Shown in pieces: positions 57,002 to 64,000 of a stretch of 64,000 nucleotides of DNA. The position numbers and the translations under genes are program-made. The DNA comes from Candidatus Velthaea sp. (GTDB lineage: Bacteria; Vulcanimicrobiota; Vulcanimicrobiia; Vulcanimicrobiales; Vulcanimicrobiaceae). The first letter of the stretch is position 1, and every line of letters begins with the position of its first letter. The DNA is taken from the NCBI GenBank assembly GCA_965214935.1, contig CBDCCS010000022.1, positions 352,001 to 416,000 on the forward strand, read 5' to 3'. The notes below the pieces were generated by a model that was given only the letters and a program-made list of their open reading frames with translations, did no database searches and was not told the origin of the DNA.

Positions 57002-60000
57002 TCCGGCCGTTACCCTTGGTCGCCGGGCGCGGCCGCAGCCGTTCTTCCAAGCCGATGATCAGCACGTAGAGCACCGGAACGACGAACAGATTGAGAATCG
57101 TCGAGACGAGCATTCCGCCGAAGACAACGGTGCCGAGCGAGTTCCGTGAGGCCGCGCCGTTGCCCGTGGCAATCACCAGCGGAAAAATACCCAGAATAAA
57201 GGCAATGGAGGTCATGAGAATCGGTCGCAAGCGCGTTTCGGCGGCCCGCACGACCGCGTCGCGAATCGAGTAGCCTTGCGCGCGCAACTGATTGGCAAAC
57301 TCGACGATCAGAATCGCATTTTTCGACGAAAGTCCCACGAGCATGACGAAGCCGACTTGGGCATAGACGTCGGAAACCTCGAACGTGTGCGTTAGTCCGG
57401 CGAGAAAGAAATTCCGCAGGAAGATCGCACCGAGTGCGCCGAGCAGCGCGATCGGCACGCTCAGCAGAATGATGAGCGGATCGATGAAGCTCTCGTATTG
57501 CGCCGCGAGCACCAAATACGTGAAGACGATACCGAGCAGGAAGATGAGCGCGGCCTGGCTCCCGCCCTCGACCTGCTCGCGCGATATACCGCTCCATTCG
57601 TAACGGAAGCCCGGCGCAATTTGCGCCCGCAACTTCTCCATTTCGCGAATCGCATCGCCCGAACCATGACCGGAGCCGGGCTGACCGTTGAGTTCGACCG
57701 AGCGGTACAAATTGAAGTGCGAGATGACCGGCGCCGTTTTCGTTTGCGTCTGGGTGAGCAGCGCGGAGATCGGAATCAAACCGCCGCCCGTGCTGTTGTG
57801 CACGTAGATCTGCGACAAATCGGAGACAACCGAGCGATACGGCGCATCAGCCTGCACGTAAACCCGATACGACCGATCGAGGTAATCGAAATCGTTGACG
57901 TACTCCGAGCCCAAGAACACTTGCATGGACGCATAGACGTCGGCCATCGTCAAGCCGAGCGCCTTGACTTTGTTGCGATCGACTTGGGCGACGAGTTGCG
58001 GGCTGTTGATGGTAAATGTCGTGTAGACTTGCTTGAGCAACGGATCTTGCGCGGCGGCACCCATCATTCCGTAGGCAGCGTACGCCATCGGTGTGAGCCC
58101 CTTGTTCGTGTTGTCCTCGAGCTCGAAGGCCACACCGCCTTGGAATCCGAGACCGGCGATCGCCGGCGGGTTGACCGGAAACGTCGATGAATCCGGGATT
58201 TGGCTCAGCGCGCCGTACAGACGCCCGATCAGCGCGCCGGCGCTGTGCGGACCACCGCCGCGTTCGGCCAGCGGTTTGAGCTTGGCGAACATAATCGCTT
58301 TATTCGGACCGTTACCCGTGAAGCCGAAACCGCCGACGTCGAAGACGTCGGTAACCTCGGATTGCTTGAACAACACTTCTTCGATCTTCTTGCGTGCAAC
58401 GAGCATCGTGTCGGCCGACGTGCCTTCAGCTGCTTGCGACGACACGAGTAAAAAACTTTGATCTTCGTCCGGCACGAAGCCCGTCGGCGTCGATGTGAAG
58501 AGAAATGCCGTCGACGCCAGCGCCACGAGAAACAACACGAGAATGATCGGCCAGCGCGTGATCACACCGGGCAAGAAGCGGTCGTAGCGCGCGCGGGTGC
58601 CGTCGATCGCCCAATTGATCGAACGAAAAAACCGGTTTTTCGGCCGCTCGCCATGACCGAGCAAGAGCGACGACAAGACCGGGGTAAGCGTCAGCGCGTT
58701 GAACAGCGAAATTGCAATCGAGATCGCGATGGTCAGCGCGAACTGTTTGTAGAGCTGACCGGTCGTTCCGGGAAAAAAGCCGACCGGGATGAACACGGCG
58801 AGCAGTACGAGCGACGTCGCAACGACGGCGCCGCTGATTTCGCGCATTGCTTCGAGCGCGGCTTGTGCCGGCGGCATCTTCTTTTCTTGTATGAAACGTG
58901 CGATGTTTTCGATTACGACGATCGCATCGTCGACGACGAGTCCGGTGGCGAGCGTCAATCCGAAGAGCGTCAGCGTGTTGATCGAAAAGCCGAGAATCTT
59001 CATGAACGCAAACGTGCCGATGAGCGAGATCGGAATCGTGATCGACGGGATGAGCGTCGTACGCCAATCCTGCAGAAATAAATAAATGACGGCAACGACG
59101 AGTACGATTGCAATGAGCAGCGTCTCGGTGACGTCTTTGATCGACTCGCGTACGAAGTCGGTTGAATCGAAGGCGATCTTATAGGTAACGCCGGCCGGGA
59201 ATTCGCGCGACAGGCGTTCCATCGTCGTCTTGACGTCGCGCGAAATCTGCAGTGCGTTGCCGTCCGGTAACTGCTGGATGCCGATGCCGATCGAGGGCTG
59301 ACGATCGAAACGCAAATCGGTGCCGTAGTTCTCCGCACCTAGTTCGGTGCGGCCGATGTCGGCAACGCGTACGAAACCGCCGTCGGCATTCGTTTTGAGC
59401 ACGACGTTTGCAAATTGATCGGGCGAGTTGAGCCGGCCGGTCGCACGCACGGAGAGATAATATGGATTATGCCCGGTCGTCGGTGCGGCGCCGATTGCGC
59501 CCGAGGCGACCTGGACGTTTTGGTCTTGTAGCGCCGTCACGACGTCGCCGGCGCTGATGCCGTTGTCCGCAAGCTTCTTCGGATCGACCCATACGCGCAT
59601 TGCGTACTTGCGCTCACCGAAGATTTGCACGTTACCGATGCCGGTGATCCGGCGCAATTCGTTGGCGACGTTAAGGTCGACGTAATTGCTGAGATCGGTC
59701 GCCGACATTTTACCGTTGGAGACCATACCGATCGCCATGACGTAACTCGACGTCGAATTTTTATTGACCGTGACGCCGGTTTGCTTGATCTCATTGGGTA
59801 GCCGGCCGTTGGCGAGGTTGACGGCGTTCTGAACGTCGTTTGCGGCTTGATCGAGGTCGCGGCCAAGATTGAAGACGCAGGTGATGGTGCTCGAACCGTC
59901 GTTACCGGACTGCGAACTTATATAGCGCAGACCTTGAACGCCGTTGATCGATTCTTCGAGCGGCGTCGTTACCGACGCTTCGACGGCCTGCGCGCTCGCG

Positions 60001-60152
60001 CCGGTGTACGTTGAGGTGACGGTGATTGTCGGCGGCGCGACGATCGGAAATTGCGCGATCGGCAGCAGCGGAATGCTGACGAGGCCCAGTAACAAAATCA
60101 CAAGCGAACAGACCGAAGCAAAAATCGGCCGCCGTAAAAAGAACTCGATCAC
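56955..60152 (-). CDS. RND efflux transporter, HAE1 (AcrB-like) permease
   Basis: FFLRRPIFA, GLVVDDAIVVIEN, KNAILIVEFA, RLRPILMTS. Confidence 0.95.
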   Translation of the reverse strand: MIEFFLRRPIFASVCSLVILLLGLVSIPLLPIAQFPIVAPPTITVTSTYTGASAQAVEASVTTPLEESINGVQGLRYISSQSGNDGSSTITCVFNLGRDLDQAANDVQNAVNLANGRLPNEIKQTGVTVNKNSTSSYVMAIGMVSNGKMSATDLSNYVDLNVANELRRITGIGNVQIFGERKYAMRVWVDPKKLADNGISAGDVVTALQDQNVQVASGAIGAAPTTGHNPYYLSVRATGRLNSPDQFANVVLKTNADGGFVRVADIGRTELGAENYGTDLRFDRQPSIGIGIQQLPDGNALQISRDVKTTMERLSREFPAGVTYKIAFDSTDFVRESIKDVTETLLIAIVLVVAVIYLFLQDWRTTLIPSITIPISLIGTFAFMKILGFSINTLTLFGLTLATGLVVDDAIVVIENIARFIQEKKMPPAQAALEAMREISGAVVATSLVLLAVFIPVGFFPGTTGQLYKQFALTIAISIAISLFNALTLTPVLSSLLLGHGERPKNRFFRSINWAIDGTRARYDRFLPGVITRWPIILVLFLVALASTAFLFTSTPTGFVPDEDQSFLLVSSQAAEGTSADTMLVARKKIEEVLFKQSEVTDVFDVGGFGFTGNGPNKAIMFAKLKPLAERGGGPHSAGALIGRLYGALSQIPDSSTFPVNPPAIAGLGFQGGVAFELEDNTNKGLTPMAYAAYGMMGAAAQDPLLKQVYTTFTINSPQLVAQVDRNKVKALGLTMADVYASMQVFLGSEYVNDFDYLDRSYRVYVQADAPYRSVVSDLSQIYVHNSTGGGLIPISALLTQTQTKTAPVISHFNLYRSVELNGQPGSGHGSGDAIREMEKLRAQIAPGFRYEWSGISREQVEGGSQAALIFLLGIVFTYLVLAAQYESFIDPLIILLSVPIALLGALGAIFLRNFFLAGLTHTFEVSDVYAQVGFVMLVGLSSKNAILIVEFANQLRAQGYSIRDAVVRAAETRLRPILMTSIAFILGIFPLVIATGNGAASRNSLGTVVFGGMLVSTILNLFVVPVLYVLIIGLEERLRPRPATKGNGRITGLGESPEPAVRGV

Positions 60153-60673
60153 GCTGTCTTGGACCTTTCGTCGTGAGCGGTGGTTGCCGCCAGCAGCGCG
60201 CGTAAGCGCCGCTTACCGCGGCGGATACGGGTGGCCGCAGTGGCGGGCGGAATGCCGAGGCGTTCGCCGACGTCGCGGAAACGCAGGCCGTGCAGCAGGT
60301 GCAGCGCGACGGGTAGCTCGACTGCGACGAGCGCGGTGACGCGCCGCGCTTCGGCGTTCGCCAGCGCTTCATCTTCTGCCGACGGCAATGCGCCGCCGGC
60401 CGTTACGTTATCGGCGACGACCGACGCGCGCGATCCCGCCGCGATGTTGAGTGCTTTACGGGTTGCGATACGCGAGAGCCACGGAAACGGATCGCTCGCA
60501 TCGCGAAAGCGGCCATGGGCACGAAACGCCGCTAAAAACGCGTCGTGCGTCGCATCTTCGGCATCGAATTCGTTGCCGACGATCCGGCGGGCAACGCGGC
60601 GCAGCCGCCCGGCATACTGCGCGTACCACGCTTCAATATCCGGGCCGGCTGTCGAATTACTGGTATTCATCAA
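60149..60673 (-). CDS. ECF sigma-70 factor
   Basis: Region 2 DAEDATHDAF...WLSRIATRKALN; region 4 GLRFRDVGERLGIPPATAATRIRRG. Confidence 0.85.
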   Translation of the reverse strand: MMNTSNSTAGPDIEAWYAQYAGRLRRVARRIVGNEFDAEDATHDAFLAAFRAHGRFRDASDPFPWLSRIATRKALNIAAGSRASVVADNVTAGGALPSAEDEALANAEARRVTALVAVELPVALHLLHGLRFRDVGERLGIPPATAATRIRRGKRRLRALLAATTAHDERSKTA

Positions 60674-60697
60674 GCAAATCGGTTATACTAGCAAACG

Positions 60698-61147
60698 ATG
60701 GTACATGTCAAGGATCAGGTAGCTGTTTGGCGCTCGCTCATCGATCTGATCCAATCGCAGAAATATTGGATGCAGCAAATCGCCGAAGATTTCGGCATCA
60801 CTCCGCAAATGGCGATCGCACTCAAGGAGGTGCCGCCAGCCGGCGGCACGACGATGAAGAAACTTGCCGGCCAGCTATTTTGCGATGCCTCGAATGCGAC
60901 GGGTATCGTCGACCGGCTCGAGTCGCGCGGCTATGTCGAGCGGCGGCCGCATGAGAACGACCGGCGGGTGAAATGCGTCGCGCTGACGGCCGCCGGACGC
61001 CGCCTACGACGCAAACTCGACGACCGGCTCGCGCTCCCGCCGCCGGCCATTGCGGCGCTCTCCGATACCGATCAAGAACAGCTCGGCGCGATCCTTGAAC
61101 GGGCGCTTATTCTAGCGCAGCGACAGCGCGAAGAACGCGAAAGTTAA
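60698..61147 (+). CDS. MarR family transcriptional regulator
   Basis: GITPQ, CDASNATGIVDRLESRGYVER, DRRVK..LT..G. Confidence 0.93.
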   Translation: MVHVKDQVAVWRSLIDLIQSQKYWMQQIAEDFGITPQMAIALKEVPPAGGTTMKKLAGQLFCDASNATGIVDRLESRGYVERRPHENDRRVKCVALTAAGRRLRRKLDDRLALPPPAIAALSDTDQEQLGAILERALILAQRQREERES

Positions 61148-62169
61148 CGCACGGCTTCGAGCGCAGCATCGATCGTCGCGACGCGGCCGACGACCGCGCC
61201 GGCGTGGTTAAGCACGGTCGCGACGGAATGCGACTGCAACTCCGTCATTTGCGTGTCGTCGAGCGCATTCAACCGGTGCAAAAGCGCGATTGCCGCCGGA
61301 GGGACCGCGCGTTGCGCTCCGTCGATGACCTTGAGTACCAAACCAAGTCCGCTTTCGACCAGTGCCGTTGCGTGAACGGCTTCGGCACCGGCCTTGGCGA
61401 CGATACGTCCGTTTGCGCAGCGCATAAGGTCGGTGTCGAAGCGCGACGTGCCCGCAACGTACGCCGGTTCCCCGAGCATCGCTTGACGCACGCGCGCCAA
61501 AGCATCGGCGTCGGCCGGTTCAAGATCTTCGAGCGTTGCAAAACGCGCATACGATCGCGCCGCGTTTCGCAACGGCGTTGCATAGACCGGTACGCCGCAG
61601 CCATCGACGCCCAGAGTAGAGGATGTGAACGTATCGCCGCTGACCCGCTCGCATAGCGCAAGCACCGCGCGTTGCACGGGATGCGCGATCTCGAGATAAC
61701 CGTCGAACGGTACGCCGAGCACCCGTGCCAACGCCAGCATTCCGGCATGTTTGCCCGAGCAATTATTATGCACTGCGCTCGGCGTTTCACCGCGTTCGCT
61801 TAGGGCGGCCGCTGCCGGTGCATACATCGGCGCGTGCGTTCCACACCGCAGATCGGCGACCGTGGCTCCAATCTTCGCGAGAATTGACAGCACCGCCGTG
61901 ATATGAAACGGTTCGCCGTTATGCGAAGCCGACATGACCGCAAGTTCGCGCTCGTCAAAACCAAACCGCTCGATCGTTCCGGCTCGAACGCCGGCCGCCG
62001 CGATGAACGGTTTTGCCGACGAACGCAGATACACCGGTTCATCGATCGAACCGCAAGCGAAAATAACCGTACCGTTCGCGTCGCTGGCGCAAGCGGCAAC
62101 ATCATGCATGGATTCGATACGCCGTCCACGCGTCACACCGACCATCGGCACGCCCCAAAGCGCACTCAC
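61144..62169 (-). CDS. ansA: L-asparaginase II (Rhizobium etli-type)
   Basis: RSSAKPF, SHNGE, NNCSGKHAGM, DGCG.P, AKAGAE, KVIDG. Confidence 0.87.
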   Translation of the reverse strand: MSALWGVPMVGVTRGRRIESMHDVAACASDANGTVIFACGSIDEPVYLRSSAKPFIAAAGVRAGTIERFGFDERELAVMSASHNGEPFHITAVLSILAKIGATVADLRCGTHAPMYAPAAAALSERGETPSAVHNNCSGKHAGMLALARVLGVPFDGYLEIAHPVQRAVLALCERVSGDTFTSSTLGVDGCGVPVYATPLRNAARSYARFATLEDLEPADADALARVRQAMLGEPAYVAGTSRFDTDLMRCANGRIVAKAGAEAVHATALVESGLGLVLKVIDGAQRAVPPAAIALLHRLNALDDTQMTELQSHSVATVLNHAGAVVGRVATIDAALEAVR

Positions 62170-62314
62170 GTACGAACGTCAGGCGGGCACTGCACGATGC
62201 AGCATTGTCGCAGCGGCAACGATTGCATGCTTTACCTTACCCGGCGAAAGACGAACGAACGTCATGCCGCCTGCACCGGCTAAGCGTCGCCGTTTCGCGC
62301 CCATCGGTCGTCGG

Positions 62315-63532
62315 TCAAATGATGCGGACGGTGTACGTGACGGTGCCGGAATTGATCGACGGTGCCGGTCCGATCGAACCGCCCAGCGACCAGCGAACGT
62401 TGGTAACGAGTGCATCGTATCCGGCGGCGGCACCGCCGCCTCCGCTCGTCGGTGTATAGGCGTAGGTCGTGCCGCCGTCATTCGAGTACGTCAGGCTCAA
62501 ACTAAGACCGGTGCCGCCCATCGAACCACCCGCGGTTCCAACTTTAAACCACGTATGCGCCGGAATCGGATCGGAGATCACCGGACTGTAGATGAGCGTA
62601 CCGCTCGCATTGGTAAAGGTGCTCGTATAGGCGAGGTCCGTACCGGGTGATTGCAATCCCGCCGGCACGACACCAAGTGCGACGCTCAACGTCGGCGTCG
62701 CGGTCGTCGGACAACTCGAATAATACGGATGCGCCGCCGGCAAGCTGGCTTGAAAGCCCCATTTGCAGGCTAGATACCCTTCGATGAACTGCTGTTCGGT
62801 CGTCGTAAGCGCAGCGTTATACATGAGCGTCTCATAAACGTTGCCGACCCAGTAGAAGCCGCCCCCGCCTTGTTTCTGCCCGAGATACAAGCTCGTCGAT
62901 GCGGTTGTTGCCGGAACGTAGTTGGCGCTCGTGAGGCTGCCGCCGTTGACGTTTACCGACGTCGCCGACGGTCCGAATTGTGCGTAGACGAGTGTCGGCG
63001 TCGATCCCCAGCTCGCGTTCGAAACAACGTCGTTTCCGCCGGCTAATGTTGCAAATGCAATAAGCGAGCCGCTCTTCTTGCGAATAGCACGGTCGTTCAA
63101 AGCAGTCGCTTGGCCATAATCCAAGAGCACCGAGGTTCCGTCCGTGGCGCCGCCCGAGTATGCGGCGACGATGAAGGTCGAACCCGGCGCGGAGCCCGTA
63201 GCGTACGTGTTCATCGTACTCGATGTGAGAAACGCGCTGCCGCTAAACGTCAGGGCTGCATGGCCGTTCACAGAGGCGGCGGACGGCTGGTTCGAGCTAC
63301 CGGCTTGGCTCAGCGTATTGCCCGAGCCGCTTTTATCCGTCCAATGCGCGACGGACGGCGAAGTTGAATACTGAATGGTCGAGGCGTCGCTTGCATCGTA
63401 CCAGGCGGTCAGATTTTTTACCGCGACCGGCGGTGTTGCCGCGGACGCAGTGCGAGCGAGAATCGCCGTCAGAACCAACCCAGACAACACGCGTGCGATG
63501 CGAGTGCCGACGCGCAGTCCAGCTGCATACAC
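62315..63532 (-). CDS. secreted protein with LamG/ConA-like domain and C-terminal DUF11-like domain (start uncertain, 63532-63598)
   Basis: Signal ending ASA; WYDASD...WTDKSGSGN...YETLMYNAALT...IEGYLACKWG; PGTDLAYTSTFTN...ISDPIP. Confidence 0.7.
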   Translation of the reverse strand: MYAAGLRVGTRIARVLSGLVLTAILARTASAATPPVAVKNLTAWYDASDASTIQYSTSPSVAHWTDKSGSGNTLSQAGSSNQPSAASVNGHAALTFSGSAFLTSSTMNTYATGSAPGSTFIVAAYSGGATDGTSVLLDYGQATALNDRAIRKKSGSLIAFATLAGGNDVVSNASWGSTPTLVYAQFGPSATSVNVNGGSLTSANYVPATTASTSLYLGQKQGGGGFYWVGNVYETLMYNAALTTTEQQFIEGYLACKWGFQASLPAAHPYYSSCPTTATPTLSVALGVVPAGLQSPGTDLAYTSTFTNASGTLIYSPVISDPIPAHTWFKVGTAGGSMGGTGLSLSLTYSNDGGTTYAYTPTSGGGGAAAGYDALVTNVRWSLGGSIGPAPSINSGTVTYTVRII

Positions 63533-63592
63533 AGTCGAAGCCACTGCCTGCCAATCGGACTTCGACGCAAAATACTTAGCCACGCCGACCGC

Positions 63593-63631
63593 TTGCACGG
63601 GTGCACCTTTTGTATTATGCTCCTAATACAA
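63593..63631 (+). promoter_or_regulatory. sigma70 promoter overlapped by a palindromic operator
   Basis: TTGCAC-N17-TATGCT; TTGTATTA-N6-TAATACAA at 63610-63631. Confidence 0.7.
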
Positions 63632-64000
63632 TGCCGCCCGATGCATTGCTTCGCTGGTTTATCGTCCTCTATCTTGCGAGCATCGCCGTGGTTCGGATCG
63701 GTTTTCGACGGCAGCTCGGAAACGCGACGTCGGCGGTGCAGCGTTTTTGGTGCAGCGACGATCCGCTCGGCGAGCGTCTAAGCGCGGCCCTCGCGCGCCG
63801 GCTCCGCGCCGGTGATTCGTCCGACCGCGCATGCATCATCACCGGAAGTGCTGCGCTCGTCCTTGCGGGCACGTGCGCGTGGACACCGCTTGCCGCGAGT
63901 CTTGCATACGCTTTTGATTGCACGATCGTCGTTGCCGTAATGTGGATGAACGGCAAAACGATACGGGCCGACGGTCCGCGCTCGGCACCGCTGTCGAACC
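63631..64000 (+). CDS. hypothetical membrane protein, runs off the window end
   Basis: ATG 63631 opens a frame (MPPDALLRWFIVLYLASIAVVRIG...) with no stop before 64000; several hydrophobic segments; promoter upstream. Confidence 0.65.
   Translation, partial: MPPDALLRWFIVLYLASIAVVRIGFRRQLGNATSAVQRFWCSDDPLGERLSAALARRLRAGDSSDRACIITGSAALVLAGTCAWTPLAASLAYAFDCTIVVAVMWMNGKTIRADGPRSAPLSN

Overview
GC-rich bacterial chromosomal segment from a diderm organism (it encodes a TonB-dependent receptor and a beta-barrel porin). The mix of gene styles suggests Eremiobacterota/Vulcanimicrobiota, but that is an unverified inference. Contents in order: (1) a 5'-truncated M61 peptidase and a formamidase-like hydrolase; (2) an accessory patch (about 2.2-6.6 kb) with an AT-rich leader, a secreted unknown protein coupled to a vanadium haloperoxidase-family enzyme, and a decaying membrane-protein/TetR pair; (3) a complete 14-gene nuoA-N complex I operon on the minus strand with a trailing 60-aa membrane ORF; (4) a cobalamin salvage region (cobU, btuC/D, btuF/btuB under a cobalamin riboswitch, PduO-type adenosyltransferase) interleaved with a K+ channel, a trypsin-like protease and hflX; (5) a Zn-metalloprotease lipoprotein, a porin with a structured leader and a hydrolase; (6) four minor-pilin-like genes and a Tat esterase; (7) a PadR / double-GTPase dynamin-like protein / nagA operon; (8) livKHMGF, an orphan motAB pair and metH; (9) a degenerate Fic protein, an ECF sigma-RND pair opposite MarR, asparaginase II and a LamG/DUF11-like surface protein. 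No rRNA, tRNA, CRISPR array or intact mobile element was seen. Best candidates for something undescribed are the PadR-dynamin-NagA operon, the secreted partner plus haloperoxidase pair, the pseudo-Fic/HTH protein, the ECF sigma-RND unit and the porin leader RNA/operator. All family calls come from motif recognition, not database searches.
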